Below, one piece after another: positions 1-15,488 of a stretch of 64,000 nucleotides of DNA. This DNA comes from Chrysomallon squamiferum (lineage: Eukaryota; Animalia; Mollusca), in the NCBI GenBank assembly GCA_012295275.1, contig CM022665.1, positions 45,880,001 through 45,944,000 of the forward strand. The letters run 5' to 3'. Both the position numbers and the translations under genes were made by a program. The notes beneath the pieces were generated by a model. The model ran no database searches. It was not told where the DNA came from and saw nothing but the letters and a program-made list of their open reading frames with translations. Position 1 is the first letter of the stretch. Each line of letters opens with the position of its first letter.

Positions 1-426
1 ATCTTACGTGTAACAAACTTTAAAAAATTAACAAATCATTACATCATCTAGTCACAGTCTTTGTTTCACACTGGCACGCTATCTTGTTCTAAAATCAATT
101 GTGCTAAGACTCCATTTGCATGAGAGTGAAAGTGTTTTTTAGGGACTGGGAGGGGTATTTTCAGGCTTCTTTGAGGTAGAAGAATGATTTATTTTATTTT
201 ATTTTATTTTATTTTATTTTTTATTTGTATAATGTATGTTTCTGTAATTAAATTTAGAACAAAAGGTTACAGTATTTTCCTCTGACTGATATCGATTTGG
301 TTTCCTTTTTTCTCAGTTTGTGATAAATAATGTTGTGCTAAACACTTACCCACTGTGATTATTAGAAACTGTTTTATTGTATTTTTGTTGCCTGTAAAAC
401 TGTTACAAAGCTAATTTGTCTTTTTC

Positions 427-465
<39 letters not shown>

Positions 466-1728
466 AGTTAGTTGAATTGTGGGAGAGAAAAAAAAAAAAA
501 AAACAGTTGAAAATGTATGTGAAAAAAAAATTTTTTTTTTTTTTTTTTTTTTTTTAATTTTATATATATGTATACGTACAAACACACACACACACACTAT
601 ACATGCACCTAATTATATACATAAACATGCTAACACACAAATCTGATGTTTTATTTATTGATTTTTTAATTTTATATGTATGTACACAAATCTGATTTTT
701 TTATTTTTTTTTAATTTTATATGTATGTATACTTACAAACACACACACCATACAAACACCTAATTATATACATAAACATGCTCACATGCAAATCTGATCT
801 TTTTTTTTTTTTTTTTTTTAATATTTATATGTCTAGACCAAACAGAAAAACAAATGTACAGCTAAAAACAAAAATGGCTGCCTGATTGTCCTTAACAGTA
901 CATGGTTTGCAGCTTTTATATTTGAGCTAAGAGTTATTAAAAAGTAATTTACTTGGAAAATTATTATTCTAAATTATTTATCTTTGGTGATGGATGTGGT
1001 ACAATGATTTTTATTTTCACAGATTTTTTTGGTGGTTGTTAATGTATATTTCCATGGTTACCATTCCAGAACTATATGTATAATATTCGTCTTTCATCTA
1101 ATGGTGCCATAATGTATTTGGTTGTTGATGGACTTGTTTTGTAAATAAAACTGTTTATTCATCATTATTATATTATCATATTGAATGTTTATCATCGTTA
1201 TTATATACTGTCGATATATCGAAACCCTGTTTTTAATTATGTCAATTCCCCCCTTTCATTCAAAAATAATTCACATTCCAACTACCAATTTGTTTTTTTT
1301 TTTTTTTTTTTTAATTCTTCTTCTATCTTTATTTTAATGTTTTCTTTTCTTCATTTTTGTTTTTCTTTTTACTGCTAATAATAAATAAATGATTCATCAT
1401 TTTTATGTTATTTATTCAGATTATTCTGTAAGGTTCGTAAGTCTTAAAGAAATTCTGAGAAGCACAAATTAATATTTCCCCAAAAGATGAGGTATAAGAT
1501 CTGAATGAGTGATAAACCAGAAAACTTGATGTTTCTGAATAATAAAAAAAAAAAATTAAATTTATATTATTTAACAGTGTATTTTTGTATGTTGTGTAAA
1601 TTTTCATGTTTGATATGTTTTACTATTAAAGGTGGGAAAAAAACGGCAACAATAATATTAACAGTAATGCTGTAATGTACTGAACATAGTTTTTATTATT
1701 ACAGTAGTTGTATTATTTGTTCTTTAAT

Positions 1729-1759
<31 letters not shown>

Positions 1760-3181
1760 TTTTTTTTTTTTTTTATTATTATTTACCGTTTGTATTATCA
1801 TTTATTTATTTATTCATTTATTTATTTATTAAATTATAAACACTGTTTAACAATAGTTGTTTTATATAAAATAAGGCAGATATTTCTAACTATATATTAA
1901 TTATATAAACCCTTTTTTTTTTTTTTTTTTATAAATGGGTTATTAACAACATAACTAGTAAAATCTTATGGATCCATTTATCTTTAAAAATTACTCATAT
2001 AACTGTTAAAAAATAACATGGTATAGAGGTAAAGATTTCCTTTTATAGCAGATGACTGTAATAAATAAAATAAAATGATAAAATTCTTTGAGTGATGCAA
2101 AATCGTCAATAATCTTATTTATTTATTCTTAATGTTTTCTGGGATCAAACTGCAAAAATGTCCATGACTACCAGCTGTGGTGACAATATTGAAATGTCCA
2201 CCAGAAATGGAAAATAGGTTGATAATGGACAAGAAATATCTTTTTGATAGAAAAACAAATGCTTTGGAGATGCAGTCAAAACAGGAAATAAATGGGTTGA
2301 AATAGAAGGGGTAGAAAATGTTAAAAATAATAAATAAAATAAATTGTTAAACTGGAAGTGAGTTGAAGAGTGTTTGTGATATTTTGTTTTTTAAACATCC
2401 ATAACTGTTAATTCACTCAGGCTACCTTTTTCTCCATTTTCCTCTTTTTAATTTTTTTCTTCTTCTTTTTACTTATTCAATATTTTTTTTTTTTTTATAT
2501 ATATTTCTTTCATTGATAGTTTGCTCTTAAAATGTTATATGAACATGTATTATTATAATAAAATACAATTTCTAAACAGTAAAATTATAATACTGGTTTT
2601 TTTAAAAATATTTTGAGCTTTTTTCTTCTTTTTATTTGATTTTCATTTTTTTTTTTTTTTTTTTTTTTTTTTTCTTTTATTTTATCTTCTTTTGTTTTGT
2701 TTTTGTTATATATTTTGTTCTAAAATGTTTTTGTTGCTTCAGAACAATAAAATCAAGAGTGCTTAATACTTTTAAGATGTTTGTTGTTTGTTGAAGGTAA
2801 TGCTGAAAACAGACTTAAGTTTGGCATGTTTTTTGTAGATCTAATGGAATGGATATTTACTGAGTTTATTAGTGGTGAAACCACTTCCAAATGCTGATGG
2901 TAGTTTCTGGATACCGATTTTTTTAAATTTATTTTGTTTTAATTTTTTTTTTTAATACATACTCATTTGTGATAAAAGGACATGACTATAATTTTTTTTG
3001 TGATACCTTAAAGTATAAATCTAAGTTTAATATTTAGCAGGAGTTAATGAGTAAAATCTAAATCTAAAAGATAAATAGTCCATTACAGTTAATCAGTAAC
3101 AAGTAATATTTTTCGTCCTTGAAAATAAATGTGATAAGTTTAAAAGTCAAAATTATCCAGAATCATTTAGGCTTTCATAAA

Positions 3182-3224
<43 letters not shown>

Positions 3225-3678
3225 TTATAATGCAGTAACATACTTTGGCTGAAAGTCTTTATTTCAATAAAGGAATAATTAGATAAAATAATAATAAACT
3301 TTAAAGATAAATTAATCAATAAAGCAGTTTTAGGGAAAATACCAAACTAAACAACAGCCCAAAAATAATTCGCAGATAGTATAAATGTAAATAAATATAG
3401 ACTAATCCAAACAATAATTATAAAGAATAATGAATTTGTGGATAACGAAAATTTTGAACAACGTAATTCAAGGGAAGTCGAAAAGATTTAATTTAAAAAA
3501 ATAATATAACTATGATACATTCACAAATTTTTAAGTAAAACAATTCACAACTTAAAAAACATTTGATTATTTTCAGATTACGATGCACTTAAAATAATTT
3601 CAAAATTTGATCAAGAGGACAAAATTATGGGGTTTATTAAAAATTAAGATGCTCTTCGAAAATGAAGGGAAATTCAGT

Positions 3679-3817
3679 CGGAAATCAACATTATATCGAG
3701 ACTAAGCGGAAGTTACCAACACGTGTTGTAAACAATATGATACTTTAAATGTAGAATTTATATCTGTACATATGACATTAACTAAAATTACTTGTATTTG
3801 CTGAACGTAAAGTAAGT
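3679..3817 (+). promoter_or_regulatory. Probable WDR3 promoter and non-coding first exon
   Basis: CpG-containing patch with ETS-type CGGAAGT (3707-3713), CGGAAA (3679-3684) and E-box CACGTG (3720-3725), followed by a consensus donor GTAAGT at 3812. The WDR3 ATG at 4438 lies just after an acceptor (TTTAG CAG AAG ATG), which implies an upstream UTR exon. The TSS itself is inferred. Confidence 0.45.
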
Positions 3818-4437
3818 TTTAATAAGGCTAAAATAATAATATTTTAAGTCCGTCTGACTGAAAATCATAATAAATATTCAGTCATTGCTTGGTTTGTTTA
3901 TTACAAGTATGAAGTAACAATATAATTATATATGAATATCAATATTAGTCCAACTAAAAAATAAAGTTTGTGGTTTTAGTTTTCACTACTTGGAGTAAAT
4001 AATCCCTTCAAAATAAAAAGACAGTGGATTACGGTTCAGTTGTTTGTTTGTTTGTTTTAAAGTTCTGTCTAAATTTAATAGGATGAAAACTGCTTGATTT
4101 ATAATTATATGTTCAAATTTATTCATATTGATATTGCCTATATTACTTAACTTTTTAAGTATATTCAATATTGGTAACGTAAACGTAACGACAAATCCTT
4201 ATGATATTCATATAATTATTTTATTAATTTTGCTTCTTTTCTATACCATAGATTATTTAATTAATTTTGTTTCATTACATTAGATGTAAACTATTGTAGT
4301 AGTCTGACATTTTTAAATTAATTGTAACCATAATAATTGAAATATATGTGATTATTTCACAGAAAATGTGATTAACTAACTGTATTACTGTTAGTTACAG
4401 AAATTAATTTGTTTATTTTACACATATTTAGCAGAAG

Positions 4438-6482
4438 ATGGGACTCACCAAACAGTACTTGCGATTTGAACACAGTGCGCTGTTTGGAGTGGTAGGAACA
4501 GCAAGAGCTAACATTGTATTTCTTCAGCTGAATGGAATATCAGGCAGATACTGTGCTGTTGGTGCTTGTGAAAATATCATCATATGGGATCTGAGAACAG
4601 AAGAGAAGGTACTGAAACACAAATTAGAAATTGATAATTAAACATTACACTAAATGTATTTAAACAGTGCTTGTTTTTTTAAGTTTCTAAAAACAAACCC
4701 TCTTAAAAACATAAAATCATATTTTGTGTATATGTGTTGATTTTCAAGTTCAAATAAGTTTGTGTAAGCATATCCCAGTTTTGGAATTTTAATATTCTTG
4801 TTTTTTTCATTATAAAAGATTAAAAAAATAAAAAGGGATTCATTATTGAGAAGAGGCTTTGGTTTTAGAAACATAAAAGACTTCCAAAAATAAAAAAAAA
4901 AAAAAAAAAAATAAAAAAAAAAAAGAGTGAGAGAGAATAATAAACTAAAGAATGAATACCTAACAGAAAGTCTGAAGAGATGTCTAGACTTTAATAAGCT
5001 GTGTTTTGTTTTTTACTACAGGTTTCTACTTTAAAAGGTGAGAAACACGAAGTGACTCAGTTGACATCGTCACCTGACAAACAACATCTTGCAGCTGGAT
5101 ACAGTGATGGCAGCATCCGTATTTTTGACATCAAGTCTGAGCAGTGCACCGTGACGTTCACTGGACACAAGTCAGCTGTCACTGCACTGCAGTACGACAC
5201 TAATGGACTCCTGCTTGTTTCAGGGTCAAAGGTTAGATAAGCAGAATTTTTATTTTTCATAAGTACCATTAAATTTTCTTATATTATTGCTAGAAACATT
5301 TTGTGTTAAACAATTTTTTTTTTTTTTTTTTTTTTTAAAGATGCTTGGAAGTTTTTCTTATTCTAAGCAGCATTTTGCAGTTTTGTGGGGTTTTTTTGTT
5401 TATTTTTTTTTTATTATTCTTTTTTTTTAATCCATCTCCAGTTGGATTTTAAATTCTGAAATATTTATTTTATCTGTTTGACTTTACTTTTGTTGTGGTT
5501 ATGTTCTTTATTAAATTAATTTATAATTTTTGTTCATGCAAATCCTGTAGGCATCTTCACAGATTTAAGCAAAAATTTTTTTGATTTTTTTTTATAATTT
5601 TATTTTTCAGGATACTGATGTAATTATCTGGGACATCGTCAATGAGTCAGGATTGTACAGACTGAAAGGTCACAAAGGGGAAATAACTCAAGCAAAATTT
5701 CTGCATAAAAGAAATATTATTGTAACAAGGTATAAAAAAAATAATTTAAGCTGTTAATTGTTAATAATTATGTCTTTATTAAGTTTTAAATTATTTTCTA
5801 CTGATGTAAGAATATTTGAATTATTTTTTTTTTCTGTTTTGTTTCAGTTCAAAAGATACTTTTGTCAAGTTCTGGGATTGTGAAACACAACACTGTTTTT
5901 ACACCATTGTCGATCACAGAAGTGAGGTACTGTTTATGAATTTCTAAATTAATTTTTTTATTTTTTATTTTATTTTTTTTATATTTCATTGCTGTTATAG
6001 TGTCATGTTATATTTAATGGCCTTTAAATTGAAATTACATGATTTAATTAATGGAAAAAAAATAAAAGAAAATAACTTCACTGAATTAAAAGGTATTACA
6101 ATTTTGTTTACATCTGAAATTTATGTCATTCTTAAAATATATATTGTACAAATAAAAAATTTAAGAAAAAAATAAAATTGTTCAGATGCACAAATAATTT
6201 TAATAATTTTTTAAAATCCAATATTATTTTGTTGATGTTTAAATGCTTTTTTTTCAGGTTTATGATTTTGTGTTACTGCGGAACTGCTGTAGACTGGTGA
6301 CTGGGTCTGCTGACAGTGAGCTGCGTGTGTTTGATATAGTGTACACAGAGGTAACCAGTCTATTGTTTTTACACAGTATCAATGTGCAGTTAAAAATGAT
6401 TATATATAATTATAAATTTTTAAAAATTATTACTTTTTATATTATTCTCTTTGTTTAAGGAATAAAACAATTATAATACTGT

Positions 6483-6570
<88 letters not shown>

Positions 6571-8126
6571 GTACTAATAAATAAATAATTTTAAGATTAA
6601 ATATAATAATTTGGTAATTTGTTTGAGATTCAATTGTCAATTGTTTCTTAATGAAAGGCTGTTGTTATATTGTTCTGTCTTTTGAAAATGTTTTATTTGT
6701 TAGGATAACACGGAAAAACAAGAGGAGGAGAAGGATTCAGAACAAGCAGTGAAAAAAATAAAACTGACTGAAATAAACAATGAGGAAAAAGATGAGGTAT
6801 GTATCAGTTAAATATATTTCTAATCATTTATCTTTTCTTTTTGTACGGCATTAAGTTTGGATAAAGTGAAATTACACATGCAGACTGATAGACAATATTT
6901 ATTTTCTATTTATTTCTATATTTTTATAAAAATAAATTATCAACAACCTACATGTAACATTAATGTGTTAAAATTTTATTTTATTTTATTTTATTTTTTT
7001 TAAATATATTTCTCATAATTTATTATTTTTATTAAACAATTTTTTTTTTCTTATTTTATACCATGCTGAATTATAGTTATACACACTGGATAAACTGAAG
7101 TTACGTACACAGGCTGATCATAATTTTAATTTATTTTATTTTTATAAAGATACATTTTCAACACCCAGTGGGTAATGTTAATCTGTTTGTAGTTTCAGAG
7201 AGAAAAAAACAACCAAACATTATTATATCATTGCCTAATTACTCTGGGTGCAAAGAATCAATACAAAAGAGAGAAACCTTAAAATTATTAAATTTGATTT
7301 ATTAAATTACATAAAAATAATATTATCTATTTTATTAAAAACATTTTTTTTTTTTTTAAATTATTATTAATTTATACTTTTATTATTTTATTTTTTATTT
7401 TTATTATTTTTTTTTTCAGAATATTTTGTCCTGTAAGAAGGTTGGATCAGTTTTAAGACAAAGTAGAGAAAGACTGGTAACCATGGTTACTGACCAGACT
7501 GAGGCCACTTTAGTGTGTCACGTAAGTCTCTTATTTGAAATATTATGAGAATGAAAAAAGAAGGAATTTTATAATAAAGTTTTGATATGATGTTCTTAAT
7601 TACAGTAATTAAAAGTTATAATACTTATTTAGTTATTACTTACTTATTACTAATGTATTTTTTTATTATTATTTGTTTGTTTATTTATTTATTTATTACC
7701 TTTTTTATTTATTAATTTACTTACTTATTAACCTACTTGATTATTTGTTTACTAACTAATTTAATTACTCATTTATTTACTTACATACTTATTTTATTTA
7801 TTTACTTACTTACTAATTTGTTTTTTGTTTGTTTACTTATTTATTTAGTAAGATTTTTAAATATTTATTTACTTGTTTGTTTACTAATTTACTTGTTTGT
7901 TTCTTTACTAATTTATTTAACTACTTATTTAGTAAGATTTTTTTAAATTTTTATTTATTTATTTGTTTGTTTATTTAATTTTTGTTTGTTTGTTTTATTT
8001 ATTTGTTTGTTTGTTTTTATTTATTTATTTTTTTTTTATTTATTTATTTGTTTTTTTTATTTATTTCTTTGTTTGTTTGTTTGTTTGTTTGTTTTTATTT
8101 ATTTATTTGTTTTTATTTATTTATTT

Positions 8127-8169
<43 letters not shown>

Positions 8170-8852
8170 TTTGTTTTATTTATTTATTTTTTTTTTATTT
8201 ATTTATTTATTTATTTATTTAGGGACATGACAGCAATGTGGAGGTATTTCAGCTGCCATCAGAAAGTCAATTCAGAAACTTACATATAAACTTACTTGTT
8301 TGTTTATTTACTAACTTATTTACTTACTTACTTATTTATTTATTTTTTTATTTAGGGACATGACAGCAGTGTGGAGGTATTTCAGCTGCCATCAGAAAGT
8401 CAGCTACAGAAACTTCTAAGTAAACGTCAGAAGAAGGCTCGTAGGAAAATCAGGTAAACAAAAATCAATAAAATCAATAAATACTGATTGACAATCCCAT
8501 ATCCAAAATCCTTGGGACTGGACTGGCTTCAGATTTCAGAATCTTTCAGATTAGCATCCATTTATTTTTCATGTGTATGTTATACAAGTAATCTTAATGA
8601 TTTTTTTTTTTCAAATATATAATATTTTTAATAATTTTGTGCATGAAATAAAGTTTGTATGTGCTAAACCATCCAGAAACTGCATGGAGTCACCATTTTG
8701 GCAGTTTGGAAAATAGTTTCCGATTTTTTAATATTGTGAAATTTCAGGTAAAAGGATTGTCAACCCTTTATTGTATCTATTACTTCTTCTCAAAGTTTTT
8801 GTCCATGACAATTTTTGAAAAGTATTTTGTGGAAAATTAATTAATACTTTTC

Positions 8853-8887
<35 letters not shown>

Positions 8888-10237
8888 TTTTTTTAATGAA
8901 GTTCTGACAAAGACACTGATGGTGTAGAAATTCCAACCAGTGTCAGACTAGATGATGAGATTAAAAAACTGACGTCAGTCAAAATGGCTGCCTCAAAGAC
9001 AAAAATCCGAGCGACAGATGTGGTGTTAATGACCGAGGACCACATCCAGGTAAATGTTTTGTAACATCATAACTGTCGTAAACAGAAATAAAATACACAT
9101 TTACACATATATAAATAAAAAGATGGTACAGACACAGGTAAATGTTTACAACATCATAATTGTAATAAATTGAAGTAAAATACACATTTATATACATATA
9201 AATAAAAATATTTTATTGTTTTTTGTTTTTTTAAATAATAAATCATCTAAAAATGTTTTAAAAACAACAGACATTTCCGAAAGTGAAGGGTTACTAGTGC
9301 TAAAAATTAAACACTGAAAATTACAAGTAAATTTATTTCAAACAGATTTGTGGTAAAAATGAACATAAGTTACCTTGATATCTTGGGTTTGTTATTCTTA
9401 AAAGATATAGTTTACTAGTTTTATTTTATTTTTTTATTTGGATAATAATTTGTTAGGTTGATGATTTTTCTGATTTACATCATTTTATTTTTTAGTAGTA
9501 TGAAGTACAAACATATTTTATTTTTTTTTTTTTTGATGGCATATTTTATATGGTTTATTTCTTGTTAGGATAATTTATTAAATTAAAATGTTTATTTTTT
9601 TTAAGATGAAAATTTTACTAATTTCACAGTATGTATTTTTTGTTATGATGATTTATTACATTAAAATATTTATTTTTTTAAGATGATAATCGTTTTTCAG
9701 TTCTTATATTTATTAGGATGTACTTATTAAATTGAAATGTCTATTATTTTTTTTCAAGATAATAATCCTGTTGAATAACAACTCCATTGAGAACTGGAGA
9801 GTGAACATCACAGAAAAACAAGGAACAGTGGACTGCAAGCTACAGCTGCCTGGACACAGGACAGACGTACGGACAGTGTCCTTCAGTTCTGACAACACGG
9901 CCATGTTGACTGCCAGCAGTGAGTCAGTGAAAATCTGGAACAGGTTGCTTTACTGATAAAACTTTATTATTATTATTGTTGTTGTTATTGTTGTTGTTAT
10001 TTTTTGTTGTTGTTATTATTCAATATTATTATTGTTATTATTATTATAGTTATTATTTTTATTATTGTTAATATTATTATTATTATTATTTTTATTATTA
10101 TTACCATTACTATTATTAGAATTATCATTCAGTATTATTGTTATTGTTATTGTTGTATTTATTATTATTATTATTACCATTACTATTATTATTATTAGAA
10201 TTATTTTTCAGTATTATTATTATTATTATTATTATAA

Positions 10238-10278
<41 letters not shown>

Positions 10279-12741
10279 TATTAGAATTATTATTCATTAT
10301 TATCATTATTATTATTATTATTATTATTACTTTTGTTGTTATTATTATTATAATTACTACTGCTACTACTACTTTGATGAATATTTTAGCTATTTTTCTG
10401 TTCACATGATATTTCACTGTTTTTAGTCTTCATGAATATATTAACTGTGAATGTGTGTTTTTTTTATCTCTATTTTTAACCTTGGTGTTTATGTTACACG
10501 GGTATCTGAGAATGGGTGTGAATCGTGTATATGCACAACCTATGAAAACATTTTGTTTTGTGATTTACACGATATCAGTGTTCTGTTTTATGACTGTGTT
10601 TGTTGTTTCAGGGACTCACTGCAGTGTATAAGAACCATTAACTGTGATTACGCTCTGTGTTCCATGTTTGCTCCTGGAGATCGCCATGTTATCTTAGGAT
10701 CAAAGGTACGTAACTCTATTGCAGATCTTAAAATTTGAAATTTTAGTTGTTGTTTTTTTATTTTATTTTATTTTTTTTTTTAGTCTTGTATTGTTGTTGA
10801 AGTGATGTTTATGTTTATTTTTTCTTTGGTTTTATTGCACTCATGTAATAAATAATTTTTGTCTTAAGATAAAGTAATCTTTTAATTTCACAAAAGATTT
10901 TTTGAGGGGGAGGGCAGAGAAAAATCATAGATAATGATAATAATCCCTGTTATTAAATTTTTAAACTTTAACTAAAATATCAGATATTCTTAATTCATCT
11001 AAGAATAATGTATATGTCACCTGAGACAAAGCTGTTATTTTTTATTTTATTTTTATTATTATTTTTTTTTTTTCAGAGTGGTAAACTTCAGATATTTGAT
11101 ATCTCATCGGCCACTCTGTTAGAATCAGTAGATGCTCACACAGGAGCTGTCTGGTCTGTAGCCATGTCACCAGACAAGGTATCTAATATATTACACAGTT
11201 GTTTTATATATAATATATTACAGCTGTTTTATATCTAATATATTACAGAGTTGTTTTATATCTAATATATTACATAGTTGTTTTATAACTAATATATTAC
11301 ATAGTTGTTTTATATCTAATATATTACATAGTTGTTTTAATATCTAATATATTACATAGTTGTTTTATAACTAATATATTACATAGTTGTTTTATATCTA
11401 ATATATTACATAGTTGTTTTAATATCTAATATATTACATAGTTGTTTTATAACTAATTTTATATTATTCATACTTGTTCTTTGTTTTATATCTAATATAT
11501 TACAGTTATTTACATTTTTTTTTTTATCTTTTTTAATTATTATTATTATTATTACTATTATTATATTATTATTATTTTATTATTTTTCAGAGAGGTTTAA
11601 TATCAGGCAGTGCTGATCATGATATTAAATTCTGGAATTTTGAGCTTGTCACTGATGAAAAATATTCCTCTACCAGGTAAGTTCCACTGTACTAATAATA
11701 TACATTATTTACCTGTAATCAACAAATCACATCTTTGCCTAAAACATACATCTATGTTAATTCACTGAATCAAAAAGCTTTCCTCTTACAACAACAAATT
11801 AATTATATTAACTATTATTATTATTGTTGTATTTACATTTCTGTTAATTAATGTAATAATTAAGTTTAGATTTCAAGAAATATTATTTTTATATTAATCA
11901 TTTTTTTCTTGTAGTAAAAGATTTACAATAGAGCAAACAAGAACACTCAAGATGGATGAAGATGTTTTGTGTGTAAAATACAGGTAAGATATAAAACTAC
12001 AGGTAAAAAATAAAATACAGGTAAAAAATAAAATGCACGTAATAAATATAATATTGGTGAGAAGTAAAATACAGGTAATAAATAAAATACAGTTGAGAAA
12101 ATAAACACAGATCAGAAATAAGTTACAGATTAGAAATAAAATACAAGTGAGCTGAATAGATTCTGTTCTTCTTTTTAATTTCACTTCTTCCCAAACTCAG
12201 ATATTTTTTTTTCCATCCTTTATTTCAGTCCTGATCACAGACTGCTGGCTGCCTCACTTCTTGACAACACAGTCAAAGTTTTCTTTGCTGATACACTCAA
12301 GGTATTCTTTTAACCAAAATATACTCCTCAAAAAAAAAAAAAAAAAAAAAAAGTAGGGAAAACGTGAAATAGTAATGTTTAGTATTAACTGTTAGAGACT
12401 GAACATAAGTTTTGACCAGAAATGTCCTTGTGATGTTTCTTCTTTTATATATATTATTTCTTTATTTATTTTAATAAATGCTTCTATATATGCTTGTATG
12501 GACATTTCTAGTGTGTTTACTATACTGTATGTATTATGTTTTTAATAAATGCTTTTATTTCCAGTTCTTTCTGTCTCTCTATGGACACAAACTGCCAGTT
12601 CTCTGTATGGACATTTCTAGTGACAGCACTTTGCTCATCACTGGTTCTGCAGATCGTAATGTTAAAATCTGGGGTCTTGATTTTGGTGACTGTCACAAAT
12701 CAATATTTGCCCATGATGATAGGTAATTATTATTTTATTTA

Positions 12742-12784
<43 letters not shown>

Positions 12785-14366
12785 TTTTTTTTTTTTTTTT
12801 TTTAATTCTTAGAAATATAAAGTGTCAATATCACCATTTAGAAATGGTATGTTAATATACAATAATATTTGCTGTTGTTTTTGAGAACTAGTTAAAATGG
12901 TGGCTACAAATGATAAATTTGATAACATAAACAGTATCCTGAAATATTCAATTTTAATGGGGTTTTTTTCTTTTGTATCTATATGTATAGAAAGGTAAGC
13001 GTTTATTTTTCTGTAGGGTCAGCATTTCTTTGGAAAATTATAGGTGTAAATTCATGTTTTTTTTATTTTTTATATTGTTAGTCTAGAAATTAAAAATATA
13101 AAATTCATATTATTATTAAAAATTAAATTTCAGTATTATGAGCATCCAGTTTCTTCCGAAGACTCACTTGTTTTTCACTGGAGGAAAGACTTCAAGGTAA
13201 AACAGTGGGACGCAGACAGATTCGAACACATCACAACTCTAAAAGTAAGTTTCAGTTCTGTTTTGTTTGATAGCATAAAAAGTAAACAGTACATTCTGTG
13301 TACAAGAATAATCTAAAATGTTTAAAATATTTATTTCTAGGTTTTAAGATGTTAAAAATGTTTATTCATAGGTTTTTGAAATGTTAAAAATATTTATTTA
13401 TAGGTTTTAAATATTTATTCACAGGTTTTTCAAATGTTAAAAATATTTATTCAAAGGTTTTAAAAATGTTAAAAATATTTATTTATAGTTTTCAAAAATG
13501 TTTAGAAATATTTATTCAGCAGTTATGAGTTTTCATGAATAAATAAAAAAATCAGAAGTAAATAAAATGTATTAATTCTGTTTGTTGACATATTATTTCT
13601 ACACTTTAAAAAAAAAAAAAAAAAAAAAAAAAATTTGGAAATGTACAAAATGTATTTTGGCAGGCAGTGCTATTCAGTTGATATTCTGTCTCAATAGATA
13701 CAGAAACAAAAACATCATTATTCTCAGTATATTATTACAAGAAAAAAAAAAAAAAACAGTTTTTGGGAATTACATAAAATATTTTAAAATTTTTATACTT
13801 GAAGACAAAATATTTTACAAAAAAAAAAAAAGGATAAAATCAGTTGAAATATATACCAGAAACATGTAGGCTGTTTCCTTGGCTAACTTTGTATGACAAC
13901 CACTTGTCAATCACAGCCATCTTGGAATTTCCCCACACAATGTTTTTTTTTTTTTTTTTTTTTTAACTCTATGTTACAACCACCTGTTGTCTATTACAGT
14001 CTCTTTTGCCAGGTCATTTTGTGTGTCCATTAGTGATAAGTCTGACTGTATTTTAAGATGTTTGCTTGTCTGGGTTTTCTCAGGGTCACCATGGAGAGAT
14101 TTGGTGTCTGGCAGTAAGTGGCAGCGGGAACTTTGTGTTAACAGGGTCACATGACAAAAGTCTGAGACTGTGGGAGAAAACTCAGGAACCTCTCATTCTG
14201 GAGGAAGAACGAGAAATGGTAAAACAGTTCTTCTCATTCTTGGTTCCATTTCAGTATCCTCTCTGTCTGCACTGACTTTATCTTAAACTTTCTAGTCAGT
14301 CTGAGTCTTCTGTCTGTTATCTTTTACTTTAATTCTTCATATATGTGAGTGTTTGTGTGCAGTATG

Positions 14367-14403
<37 letters not shown>

Positions 14404-15084
14404 AGAGATCTTTAGACAGATCTTTAGAGAGAGAAAAATAAATCAGAGAGAGAGATACATAGATCTTTTTTTTTTTCTTTTTTTCTTTCTTTTTTCTTTT
14501 CTTTGTCTTCAATTTTTGTTTTTCTAACACTGAATTTTAAAGATACAGTATAGTTCTACAGAGAGAGGACATTGTAAAATTGATTGAAACAGTTGTATTC
14601 AAAATAGAATATTACTAAATGTTAAAAGGATTTGTGTATTAAACAGGCTTTTTTAAACCATGAATTTGCTTTTATTTGCTTTCCACAAAAAAGAAAATTT
14701 AGAGAATCTTCAGGAAAATTGTTACGTATAAAATGCAACATGACTGAGCATAAAATGTTCTGCATACTTCAGATGTTCTTGTTACACAGAAAAATTTATT
14801 AAACATGACTTTTTAAACCATGAATTTGTTTTTTGTTTTTTTGCTTTCAGGAAAGAGAGAAAGAATTTGAAGAAGCTATGGAAAAAGAGGGAGAACCAGT
14901 AGTGAGTTTATTTAGACTTGTTGCTAATGGTTACAATAAATATCATGAGTAACACTGCTCAGCCATTGTCTTATGACTTTTGTATCATAGGCCATACCAA
15001 GAATTATTCTGTAAATGGGAAGGTGCATGTAATCAATTACATATGACTAACTGGAAAGAGTAACTCATGAAGAGATGAAAGTGG

Positions 15085-15135
<51 letters not shown>

Positions 15136-15166
15136 TTATTAGTATTATTATTATTTTATTAGTATT

Positions 15167-15198
<32 letters not shown>

Positions 15199-15259
15199 CA
15201 TTATTTTATTAGTATTATTATCATTATCATTATTATTATTATTTTATTAGTATTATTAC

Positions 15260-15312
<53 letters not shown>

Positions 15313-15321
15313 TTATTATTA

Positions 15322-15385
<64 letters not shown>

Positions 15386-15389
15386 CATT

Positions 15390-15420
<31 letters not shown>

Positions 15421-15451
15421 TTATTATTAATTATTATTATTATTATTATTA

Positions 15452-15488
<37 letters not shown>

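Noticed and set aside
1-3600. Short ORFs and a possible exon near 2140-2305
   Set aside because: No recognisable domain or consistent splice signals; it looks like UTR or intergenic DNA with a small direct repeat at about 555-810.
7737-8289. Hydrophobic F/I/Y/L-rich ORFs here and similar poly-I, poly-Y, SL, ER and HT ORFs elsewhere
   Set aside because: They are translations of (TTTA)n, (TTA)n, (CT)n and (CA)n microsatellites.
10490-10556. Possible intronic H/ACA snoRNA in WDR3 (hairpin followed by ACA)
   Set aside because: No convincing H box or second hairpin; it would need an Infernal/snoReport hit.
12302-12564. Possible U12-type intron (donor GTATTCTTT); likewise GTATCCAC at 44790
   Set aside because: Donors mismatch GTATCCTT and no TCCTTAAC-type branch site is evident near the acceptors.
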